A stretch of DNA of 64,000 bases from Planctomycetaceae bacterium (GTDB lineage: Bacteria > Planctomycetota > Planctomycetia > Pirellulales > Pirellulaceae), in NCBI GenBank assembly GCA_024638965.1, contig JAHEJI010000288.1, forward strand, positions 2,995 through 66,994, in the 5' to 3' direction. Below are positions 19,049-27,837 of this stretch, piece after piece. Positions within the stretch are counted from its first letter, which is position 1. The number at the start of each line of letters is the position of its first letter. The position numbers were made by a program, and so were the translations under genes. The notes under the pieces were generated by a model. The model did no database searches, had not been told where the DNA came from, and was given only the letters and a program-made list of their open reading frames with translations.

Positions 19049-19080
19049 AAAAAAGGTTTCAGGAACGTGTCAGAAACCTT
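19049..19080 (-). repeat. Right copy of the ~32-bp imperfect inverted repeat
   Basis: aaaaaaggtttcaggaacgtgtcagaaacctt; inverted relative to 18092-18123. Confidence 0.7.
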
Positions 19081-19127
19081 TATTTTGTCATCACAATCGG
19101 AAAACAATCGCAGGGCGTAATAAAAAA

Positions 19128-19201
19128 TCGGGGTGACTGGATTTGAACCAGCGACCTTTGCGTCCCGAACGCAACGCTCTACCAGGCTGAGCCACACCCC
19201 G
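19128..19201 (-). tRNA. tRNA-Pro (anticodon CGG)
   Basis: Reverse complement CGGGGTGTGGCTCAGCCTGGTAGAGCGTTGCGTTCGGGACGCAAAGGTCGCTGGTTCAAATCCAGTCACCCCGA folds as a cloverleaf; no encoded CCA. Confidence 0.97.
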
Positions 19202-19344
19202 TGGTGAACTTCATTTTAGCTTCGCCGCGCTCGTCGGCAATCGGCTCGCCCCACAACCAAGAAGCGATCTATTTTTAAAACATTCCGATTTCAGCGGTAG
19301 ATCATTTTAAGGCCTCCCATGTGTCGCTCCCAGCGCGGCTTTGC

Positions 19345-20853
19345 CTAGACCCAAATGTCGGAGGTGCAGTCTCCACCCGGAAAACGGATTTCGTGTGCCC
19401 GGCTGGGGCCATCGGGTTCGTTACCGAAATCGACGAAGAACTTCTCGTTCACCGTCATTCCGCCCTTTTCCGTGTCGCAATCAATTTGCATCAAATAACA
19501 TCCTTGCGTTTTCATGTCCGGGTAAAACTGGTTGTCCCAAGGACTGTAGAGCGAATTCGTCAAGTAAAGTCGCGTGCCATCCAAACTCAACTGCAACATC
19601 TGCGGACCGCCAATCAGCTTCCTTCCCTGAAGAGATTGCTCCCGACCGATGACGCCGCCAAGCCAGAGCTGTCCAGTTAGTTTCGGATTCGACGGATCGG
19701 AAACATCGTATTGCCGCAAATCACCATGCAGCCAGTTCGAAAAATAAAGGAACCGATCGTCCAGCGACAACACCAGGTCCGTAATCAAACCGGGAACCGG
19801 GAAAGGCCAGCCTTCCGTTTCCACGGATTCGACCGAAATTACTTTTTTGACATCCCATTGGCCACCCCGTTTGTGCCAATGCCACATCGTGCTGCTAAGT
19901 GCGGCCCCCACAAAACCGTGGGTACTGTCTGGATCATGGTGGAAACGGACTTCCAATGGAATCAAACCGGTTTCGCCCAAGTCTTGAGACTTGACGATTT
20001 TTCTTGCCTTCCAGTCCCAAAAGTGAATCTGCTGACCGTACTTGCCTGCGTGCACGTCTTCCAGCTTGAAGCCCTGAGAGACAGTATTGGGGGACCCCCA
20101 CTCGCTGCTGACCATCACGTTGTGACGAGGCTGGTACCAGTAGTCGTAGTTGAACTTCATCCCGGTCGCATCGTTCTCCCAGCGACCTTTGACGTCAAAA
20201 TTCTCGTCGAGCAACAGGAAACCACCTGGGCCCTCGCCATTTGCATTGCCCAACATCGAGATCATGATTTCTCCGCTTGCCAGACAATGGACGGTGTGCG
20301 GTGCCGACAGGTTTGTCTTTTTTGCGATCTCCTCCGCTTCGACCACCTTGTGAAGCTTGGGTGCCTTCGGGTTCTCAGTGTCGACAATGTGAATTCGACC
20401 TGAGCTGATACCTGGCAAGACGATGAACTGACGTGATGCGCCTTCCTCGCCGTGGCAACTGCTACATGCATTCCAGCCAAAGTGATGAAGTTCATCACCG
20501 ATATTTGGCATTGGCAATCGATGAATGATTTGGCCATATGTGTTTGATTTCGGATCAACATCGATGGTGGCAAGATAGTCAGGCTTCTTGATTGCGGTGC
20601 CCGAATAAATGGCCGGAACATATGCGATCGTTTCCGGCGGGGCCTTCATTGCGTCAGCAACGGTCGCATAAGTCCGATCACAGCAACTGCCATCCGATTT
20701 CGTGTCTTCGTCCTGCTGATGGGCGCCAACCGTTCGGTTCCAGCTCAACCCGATCGAAGCCGATACGACACCAGCAGTTGAAGTCTTAAGAAACGTTCGG
20801 CGTTTGATATCTTTGTTTCTCAGAACACTTTCTTCGTTGGAATGATAAACCAT
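19345..20853 (-). CDS. Selenium-binding protein SBP56 / methanethiol oxidase-like protein with Tat signal
   Basis: DELHHFGWNACSSC, YDYWYQPRHNVMVSSEWG, SNWLHGD, GGPQMLQLSLDG, GGDCTSDIW; N-terminal KRRTFLK. Confidence 0.9.
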   Translation of the reverse strand: MVYHSNEESVLRNKDIKRRTFLKTSTAGVVSASIGLSWNRTVGAHQQDEDTKSDGSCCDRTYATVADAMKAPPETIAYVPAIYSGTAIKKPDYLATIDVDPKSNTYGQIIHRLPMPNIGDELHHFGWNACSSCHGEEGASRQFIVLPGISSGRIHIVDTENPKAPKLHKVVEAEEIAKKTNLSAPHTVHCLASGEIMISMLGNANGEGPGGFLLLDENFDVKGRWENDATGMKFNYDYWYQPRHNVMVSSEWGSPNTVSQGFKLEDVHAGKYGQQIHFWDWKARKIVKSQDLGETGLIPLEVRFHHDPDSTHGFVGAALSSTMWHWHKRGGQWDVKKVISVESVETEGWPFPVPGLITDLVLSLDDRFLYFSNWLHGDLRQYDVSDPSNPKLTGQLWLGGVIGREQSLQGRKLIGGPQMLQLSLDGTRLYLTNSLYSPWDNQFYPDMKTQGCYLMQIDCDTEKGGMTVNEKFFVDFGNEPDGPSRAHEIRFPGGDCTSDIWV

Positions 20854-21117
20854 GACTCTTCCTTTTAATCACATCTAATGAGCAACCGCCAAGGAGACGA
20901 AAACCGCAAGATGACCGGATAGCCGGCTAATGCAATTCGCTTCCCAGATTGTCTTGGATGAGCTGCCGAATGCAAGCATTATAGGCGTCTGTCGCAACCT
21001 GTGAATGACAGTGGAACGGCTGTTATGCTTGTTAGCAGCCCGCCGCGCAAAGTCGGATTTGCTCCGCGAAAGCAAGTCATTTGGCGGAGAGGCAGTCATT
21101 TTAGCGACACGCGAATT

Positions 21118-21160
21118 TGTCCCAGACTCGTTGTCAGCCTGGGACAGTCCGACCTGCAGA
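21118..21160. repeat. Degenerate REP-like element (tgtcccag...ctgggaca family)
   Basis: tgtcccagactcgttgtcagcctgggacag; related to copies at 41282-41349 and 44273-44330. Confidence 0.55.
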
Positions 21161-21242
21161 ATTTCGGCGGAGCGAATTGCTCGATTGAAAATCCGTCGGC
21201 CGCGGAGGGTGAACAGCATTCAGAGCGCGATGTTGGGTACGG

Positions 21243-22562
21243 CTAATCGGCTGTTTCTGGGTGGTATTCGTCATCCCATTCTTTGACATGCGGTTCGCCA
21301 AGCATCCCTACGCTCTTGGCAACCAGCATGCTAACCGTCGCGTCACCGGTGACGTTGACCGTCGTACGGCACATGTCCAATAAACGATCTACGGCAAAGA
21401 TCAGGGCCAAGCCTTCTTCGGGGACGCCAATCGCACCCAGGACGATGACCAACATGACCATACCCGCTCCCGGTACAGCCGCCGATCCAATCGACGCGAG
21501 GGTGGCCGTTAAAACGATGGTCAGCTGCCCATAAAGATCCAGTTGCATTCCATACGCCTGAGCAATGAACACCGCAGCAACCGCTTGATAAAGGCTGGTT
21601 CCGTCCATGTTCACCGTTGCACCGATCGGCAATACAAAACTGGCAACTTCGGTTTCAACACCAAGATGTTCTTCCACGCGTTCCATCGTTACTGGCAAGG
21701 TCGCAGCACTTGAGCTTGTCGAAAAGGCCAATAATTGAGCGGGCGAAATGCCCTTGAAAAAAAACGAATAGCTTTTTCCAGTGAAAAATACGACCAGCGC
21801 GGGATAAAAAGCCAGGACCATCAAGGCGAGTCCGAACACGACACAAGCCGAATACCAGAGCAAACCTAACAAGAGATCCGGGCTTTGAATCTCGACGACC
21901 AGTGTCGCCAACAATGCGAACACTCCATAGGGCGCGGTCAACATGATCAAATCGACCAGCTTTAAGATCACCTCGTTGAGCCCATCAAAGAAGTCTTTCA
22001 CCGGCTTCGCTTGCTCCGGCGCAATCAGTAACAATCCTAATCCAAAGAAGATGACGAAGAAGATGACCTGCAACATATTTCGATTCGACGACGCCGCTGA
22101 AACAGCGTTTTCTGGAACCAAGTCAACCAGCGGCTGCAAAGGACCTTTCTCTTTCTGGTTTGCCGCGACCTCAATTTTCTGGCCAGCGTCGCCTTCGTAA
22201 CTTTCTAGAAGCTTGTCACGCGTATCCTGGTTGATCTTTTCACCCGGTCGTACGACATTAACAATCAACAGTCCCAAACTGACAGCGACAACGGTCGTAA
22301 TCAGGTAAAGCAAAACGGTCCTTAACCCCATCCTGGAAAGCTTGGCAATATCCTTGAGGTCGGAAACGCCCTTGATGAGCGAAACCACGATCAGCGGGAC
22401 GGCAATAAGCTTCAACGAGTTGATGAAGATTGCCCCAAACGGCTTGATCCAGTTGACTGTGAACTGCTGAGCTCCAAATTTCGCAGCCAGAAACCCGAAG
22501 ATGACCCCCGCCAACATACCGAAGAGGATCTGCCAGTGCATCGCGATTCGAGGTCTCTTCAT
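21243..22562 (-). CDS. Dicarboxylate/amino acid:cation symporter (GltP/DAACS)
   Basis: AFSTSSSAATLP, LPIGATVNMDGT, DMCRTTVNVTGD. Confidence 0.95.
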   Translation of the reverse strand: MKRPRIAMHWQILFGMLAGVIFGFLAAKFGAQQFTVNWIKPFGAIFINSLKLIAVPLIVVSLIKGVSDLKDIAKLSRMGLRTVLLYLITTVVAVSLGLLIVNVVRPGEKINQDTRDKLLESYEGDAGQKIEVAANQKEKGPLQPLVDLVPENAVSAASSNRNMLQVIFFVIFFGLGLLLIAPEQAKPVKDFFDGLNEVILKLVDLIMLTAPYGVFALLATLVVEIQSPDLLLGLLWYSACVVFGLALMVLAFYPALVVFFTGKSYSFFFKGISPAQLLAFSTSSSAATLPVTMERVEEHLGVETEVASFVLPIGATVNMDGTSLYQAVAAVFIAQAYGMQLDLYGQLTIVLTATLASIGSAAVPGAGMVMLVIVLGAIGVPEEGLALIFAVDRLLDMCRTTVNVTGDATVSMLVAKSVGMLGEPHVKEWDDEYHPETAD

Positions 22563-22601
22563 TCTTGGGCTCTTATAAATTCGTTCGAATTGTATCCACG
22601 C

Positions 22602-22982
22602 TCATTCGGAAACAGGGCGGGGATCGTCTAGTCCAAACCGGCCACGAAACTCGATGGCAGGGTACTTCATCCTGTTCTTACTCATTTTCTTTTCAAATGC
22701 CTCAGCCAAATCGATTTCCAGCTCGTTGGCCATCGATAATAAGTAACAAAAGACATCCGCCATCTCTTCTCCCACCTCCTCGATTTTCTCAGCTGATAAT
22801 TGGCGGGACTCATCCGGCGTCAACCACTGAAAATGTTCCATCAGTTCGGCCGCTTCGACGGCAACCGACATCGACAGGTTTTTGGGTGTATGAAACTGGC
22901 TCCAATCGCGTTCGTCGATAAATTCTTGAACCACCGCACGGAGTGCTTCCAGCGTTGTCGCAGAATCAGAAAAACCTGACAT
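22602..22982 (-). CDS. MazG-like nucleotide pyrophosphohydrolase (dCTP pyrophosphatase type)
   Basis: ERDWSQFHTPKNL, EAAELMEHFQW, EEMADV, KNRMKYP. Confidence 0.9.
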   Translation of the reverse strand: MSGFSDSATTLEALRAVVQEFIDERDWSQFHTPKNLSMSVAVEAAELMEHFQWLTPDESRQLSAEKIEEVGEEMADVFCYLLSMANELEIDLAEAFEKKMSKNRMKYPAIEFRGRFGLDDPRPVSE

Positions 22983-23279
22983 ACAATTTCCGTCAAACAA
23001 TCGAATCAATTGAAATCGCCCGAGTAACATCTCTGACGAATTTCGATACTAAGTAAAGTATTCTAGATCAATGTTGTGGACGACAAAAGCAGCGCAAAAA
23101 GGACCATATCAGCAGGCGGTCAAACGCATGGGGCGGTTTTGAGGGCAGGGCGGTATGGCCCGGTGATTTGCGGCGCATCAACAATTGAATCCAGGTTTTG
23201 AAGTTGAGCAAGATTTAGATTCAAGGTGAAGCTCACGCCATGTAAACGCGGGTGCTTCTGGGTGTGATGGAGAAGAATT

Positions 23280-23393
23280 GTTTAACCGCACGGGCATCGC
23301 CGAATGGCACTTACTTTAGAATATTTAGCGGCGCAAACAACCAACACTTGCGTGGGCATTGCCGCGCGTTGCCCGATGGGCACGCGGTTAAAC
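23280..23393. repeat. REP-like element (gtttaaccgc...gcggttaaac) interrupted by a GAATGGCACTTACTTT end
   Basis: Same terminal inverted arms as 30351-30423; internal gaatggcacttacttta at 23302. Confidence 0.65.
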
Positions 23394-23412
23394 GAAAAAT
23401 GGCGCGCAAAAA

Positions 23413-23465
23413 GACCACGCAGGCCCCCAGGTGTCAGAACACCAACTGCGTGGTCAATTTTTTTT
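23413..23465. terminator. Probable intrinsic terminator downstream of the PVC-type cytochrome gene
   Basis: gaccacgcag...ctgcgtggtc stem flanked by A and T runs. Confidence 0.5.
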
Positions 23466-23501
23466 AGAACCTGTTAACGCGTTCACGAAGGCTAAATTCT
23501 G

Positions 23502-26500
23502 TTAGCGAACATCCGAACTGCTTTGGATCATTGTTTGTTGCGATTCGTCTTCATTGAGGTAGGCCATCAGATCGGCAACGTCTTGCATCGACAAACCGTC
23601 AAGCAAACGAGCCGGCATTGACGAAACGTCCGTTTCCTTGATCTTTTCGATGCTTTCGTTCTCGACTCGAACCCGCTTTCCGTCGGCTTGCAATATCAGC
23701 CAGGAACCTGAATTATCCTCCGTCGCCATTCCGCTGAAGGTCTCTCCATCCGTTGTCAAAATCGTCATGGAACGATATTGTTCCGGAACGACGTTGGATG
23801 GGTGGATAATCGAGTCGACAATCTCCCGCGTTGAGAAACGGCGGACGATGTTTGTCAGTTCGGGGCCCGCCGAAGTTCCTTCCGCGCCCAGCCGATGACA
23901 AAGAGCACACTGGGCCTTTGTAAAAATCTGTTTGCCATGGTTTGCATCACCGAGTCCGTTGGTTTCAATAAAGCTCAACACCTGTTCGGTTGAATAATCC
24001 CCTTGCTTCGCTTGTTGCTTAAGCTCGATTTTGGGTTCGTTCGGATACGTCTTTTCAAACCACGACTTCCATTGGTTCATCATGGCCGCCCAATCCTCTG
24101 TCTTGGAAGCAGTCTTTTCGCCTGTCCAATGCTCAAGCAAGTTCACGACATTCCTGGCACCGTTGGCTCGTAATCGAAATCCTAACTCGATCACCGCGCG
24201 GTAGTGGCCGGCATCCCGAGGACGACGATACACCATTGCCAGTTTTTCGAGAACTTCGTTGCTGGTTAAATCGTCGATAACGGGCAAGCTGCTAATCAAG
24301 TAAGCCCAGTTCGGTCCGTCGGGTTCCTGGGCGAGACCGATCGCGATGTCACCGCGTCGTTCCGGCTCGTTTTGCCAAAGCTGCCGCAAGTATTCCATCC
24401 CATCTGGATGTCCACTCTGAGCCAGAATCGCAATGACTCCCAGTCGGACGGCCTTGGTTCTCTGACCTGGTTTTTCGGCCGCTCGTTGATCGACCTGTTT
24501 CATCAACTCGAGTAATTCAGCGTCCAGTTCACTTGGCATCTTGTAAAACGCGGAAATAACCGCGGTCGGCCAACGCTCACCGTTTTCGAGCACGTCTTTT
24601 ATCTGGTCCGTTGTCATCGTATCAGCCACATCGCGAATCGCGCGAGAGACGTAGTATTTGTAGCTTCCTCCGCCAACTTGATCATGAGCACTTTCCAGGT
24701 AGTCGATCAAAGCCAAACGTTCGTCGCCCGACAACTGGGTGCCAATGAGTTGTAGATTCAGAGCTACGTGAAGTTTGTCTGTATCTGAATCCGAGTCGGA
24801 TTTGAGGTAGTTGACAATCCTCTCGTCGAGCGAACCGACTTTTAGGAAAGCCATAATTCGACTGAGTTCCCGGTTAATAATTCCGTTTCCTGATGGAAAC
24901 TCATTTCCGATTCGGTTCGCAAATGCCGGAACTTTGGCCGGATCGACCTTGCCTTGAATCAACGAAAGTTGAATGACTCGAAGCAGGTCGACAAAGTCTT
25001 CATCGCCTACAAATCCTTCCATAAACTGGCTGCAGCGAGCCAGAACCTTGTATGAATTCTCCAGACTTGGATAGGCAGTCATCATCGCCAGAGATCCATT
25101 AATAAACAGACGAATGTCATCTGCTTCCAGAATTTGTTCGCTCCATTGCTCGAGCGGAATTCGTTCCAACGCACGTCGAGCAATCAACGACTCGAAACGG
25201 TCGGTTGAAGCAGCCATTGGCGTCAGTGCACTCATCGGGGGCGTTTCGCCAATTCGAATGAAGGATGTGCAGGCGACTCGTCTAACTCGAGCTTCTTGGT
25301 CGGCAACCAATTTCCCCAACAGCTCGAGATGATGTTGTGACCGCTTGAGTCCACAAAGTTGAGCGGCTTTCATACGGATGTCTGTGTGTTCATCGGCGGC
25401 ATAACGGGCCATCGAGTCTTTCCCTGGAAACGGTCCGTAAAGCACCATTTTGTCCATCGCGTTGAGACGATATTTGACCGTATTTCGCGTTTCATCGGCG
25501 ACGCCGATGATGGATTTGTTCCATTTAGTTTCACCCATCGCCTGCTTGATTTGTGCGATGTTTTGACGTGCCCAGGACGAACTGGGTTGTGGGTGACGGA
25601 TGACTTTCTCCAAATCGTTTTGGAACTTGAGCATCTTCTCTGGAACTTGCCCGTTCCATACGACTCGATAGACGCCGCCAGCGGTTCCGCGACCTCCGGT
25701 GCAGAAGTAAAGGGCTCCATCCTCGCCGACAGCAAGATCCGAAACGTTCATGGGCCGGCCCGAGAGGAATTCTTCGACTTTGGCCGTATAGCCAGCACCC
25801 TGGGGCTCGGCTTTCAGAGCCAGGATTCGACCCTCCGACCAGTCCGCCAGGAACATCGCCTCGTGGTAACGTGCCGGAAACTGCAAATGTTGATAAATCA
25901 CAGCCCCCGTCGGTGAACCGCGACCCGTGTCACTGATTGAAGGAGTTTGGTCCGCAAAATAGTCTGGATACTTCGCCCAACCACTTCGCCAACCCATCTC
26001 AGCTCCGTCCGCAACATGGAATATTTTTGTTGGTCGATACCAGGTCATTCCCATATCCGATTCCATGTCACTGTCATGTACGAACAGCTCGCCATATTTG
26101 TCGAACACCACGTCGTAAGAGTTGCGCAGCCCACCTGCAACTGTTTCAATCTTGGATCCATCGAGAGATACACGGACGATCGTTCCGCCGGGAGCCACAA
26201 TGCCCTTGGCATGTCCACCTGGATCTTCATATCGGGCAACCAAGTCGCCTTCGTACGGATGGCGATAAGGACTGGTCGGTGCGATCGTTTCGTTGACCTG
26301 GCTCGCGTTTCCAATGTTGACGTAAATCATGCCGTCGGGCCCGAGAGCCAAACCGTGCGGGCCATGTTCGCCGAGCTTACCCGTGAATTTGAGAAGCGTT
26401 TGAGTCGCTTCCATCACGCCGTTTTTGTCGGCATCGGTCAGACGATAAAGTGCCAAACCACTTGGCCCTTCTCCGGTGACAAATACATCACCGTTGAGGG

Positions 26501-27446
26501 CCAGGAGTCCCTGGCAAGTGCTCACTTGATCGCAAAGAACGCGAATCCGATTCGGGTCATTCACGGGCTTGGACAGATCGGCGATCAAGAGTGGTCCGCC
26601 TTCGCGCGATACCAACAACTTGCCAAACTCATTAAATGTCATCGCAATCAACGAGCCTGTTTCGCTGTCCTGCATCACTTGCTGAACAGTGAATTCGTTG
26701 CTGACTTCGAATCGATCGGCAATTTCCTTTTGTTCCGCGGTAGAAACGCTCGGCGTAACGGTTTCCCGGTCGAATTCTGTAACTGCGTTTGTGATGCTCG
26801 CTGATTTTGCGGGGATAGTCTTCGAGTCTCGTTTCGGAGTTGCGTTGGTGGTTTGGCTTGCGGCGGAGTCCGAACGGGTATTGATCGATGCAGCTGACTG
26901 GATCTGTTGAGCCGCCAGCCAACCAATATCGTTCAACGTCGAAGTCTTCCATGATTCGACCTCACGCAACCGTGATTTCCAGGTTTCATCAGTTACGAGG
27001 CTGCGCCACCTGGTTTCACTTCGTTCCTTGACTCTGAGTTTCAGTGCCAAGCCAACTTGATCGCCGTCAATATGCTCGACTTTGGCCGCAATCAGATTAA
27101 CGCCAGGCTGCAAGAAGGAAGTCACATCCAATTCGGCAGGAGACCCGTAGGAAGCGCCTTTACTGGCAATTCGTCCGTTGATGTAAAGCTCATACTGATC
27201 GCCGGCAGCGATCGTCAACTGAGATTTTTCAGGGCGAACCAGCGTAAACTTCTTGCGAAAGTAGCATTCAGCTCGTTGATGCTTGCCAACGTTCGATTTG
27301 GGCGACCAGATCCATTTTGAATCTTGTGCCTCGACGGACACTTGGACCGCAAACAGCATGACCAAAACGATGGGGGCCAAAACGCTGATGCGAATTGAAA
27401 ACGGCAAATTTGATAATATCTTCATGCGATCTTCCTTGATCAACAT
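23502..27446 (-). CDS. Large PVC-type secreted dehydrogenase-like protein (propeller + HEAT-like repeats + C-terminal cytochrome c)
   Basis: Signal peptide; KWIW lectin-like domain; EHGPHG, GLRNSYD, GRGSPTG propeller motifs; CALCH...GPELT...SSMP. Confidence 0.88.
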   Translation of the reverse strand: MLIKEDRMKILSNLPFSIRISVLAPIVLVMLFAVQVSVEAQDSKWIWSPKSNVGKHQRAECYFRKKFTLVRPEKSQLTIAAGDQYELYINGRIASKGASYGSPAELDVTSFLQPGVNLIAAKVEHIDGDQVGLALKLRVKERSETRWRSLVTDETWKSRLREVESWKTSTLNDIGWLAAQQIQSAASINTRSDSAASQTTNATPKRDSKTIPAKSASITNAVTEFDRETVTPSVSTAEQKEIADRFEVSNEFTVQQVMQDSETGSLIAMTFNEFGKLLVSREGGPLLIADLSKPVNDPNRIRVLCDQVSTCQGLLALNGDVFVTGEGPSGLALYRLTDADKNGVMEATQTLLKFTGKLGEHGPHGLALGPDGMIYVNIGNASQVNETIAPTSPYRHPYEGDLVARYEDPGGHAKGIVAPGGTIVRVSLDGSKIETVAGGLRNSYDVVFDKYGELFVHDSDMESDMGMTWYRPTKIFHVADGAEMGWRSGWAKYPDYFADQTPSISDTGRGSPTGAVIYQHLQFPARYHEAMFLADWSEGRILALKAEPQGAGYTAKVEEFLSGRPMNVSDLAVGEDGALYFCTGGRGTAGGVYRVVWNGQVPEKMLKFQNDLEKVIRHPQPSSSWARQNIAQIKQAMGETKWNKSIIGVADETRNTVKYRLNAMDKMVLYGPFPGKDSMARYAADEHTDIRMKAAQLCGLKRSQHHLELLGKLVADQEARVRRVACTSFIRIGETPPMSALTPMAASTDRFESLIARRALERIPLEQWSEQILEADDIRLFINGSLAMMTAYPSLENSYKVLARCSQFMEGFVGDEDFVDLLRVIQLSLIQGKVDPAKVPAFANRIGNEFPSGNGIINRELSRIMAFLKVGSLDERIVNYLKSDSDSDTDKLHVALNLQLIGTQLSGDERLALIDYLESAHDQVGGGSYKYYVSRAIRDVADTMTTDQIKDVLENGERWPTAVISAFYKMPSELDAELLELMKQVDQRAAEKPGQRTKAVRLGVIAILAQSGHPDGMEYLRQLWQNEPERRGDIAIGLAQEPDGPNWAYLISSLPVIDDLTSNEVLEKLAMVYRRPRDAGHYRAVIELGFRLRANGARNVVNLLEHWTGEKTASKTEDWAAMMNQWKSWFEKTYPNEPKIELKQQAKQGDYSTEQVLSFIETNGLGDANHGKQIFTKAQCALCHRLGAEGTSAGPELTNIVRRFSTREIVDSIIHPSNVVPEQYRSMTILTTDGETFSGMATEDNSGSWLILQADGKRVRVENESIEKIKETDVSSMPARLLDGLSMQDVADLMAYLNEDESQQTMIQSSSDVR

Positions 27447-27837
27447 CTATCTGTATAAACTGATTGCGCCTGCTGTCTCGTCAGGAGTTGACGAGTTGAA
27501 TCGATAGGTCAGCGCACGAACACCGCCTACTGTTGCCATCGTCAACAGACTCCGCTTGAGTTTGGTAAAGTTTGCTGATAATTCCCATTTTCCGGGCTTG
27601 CTAGCGACTTTAACCGATAGCGGATCGATTCTGTCAAAATTGTTCTGTCGACAATAAATCCACTTTGTCGAGTGGTTTTTGGCGACAAAATCACCTGTTT
27701 TTGAAGGGTTTGTTTGCAACCTAGGGGGGCTCTAACTAAAACATAAGATGGGAGTATTTTTGGTCGCGAAGCAGCCAGCGGTACTCTTCTGCCCTCATTT
27801 TGGAACAGCTCAGTTTCCTATTCGCTTGGATTTAGCC

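Noticed and set aside
17182-19080. Classical integron cassette array
   Set aside because: No intI gene and no RYYYAAC...GTTRRRY attC structure recognised.
18991-19197. 68-aa ORF MWLSLVERCVRDAKVAGSNPVTP
   Set aside because: It is the tRNA-Pro sequence read as protein.
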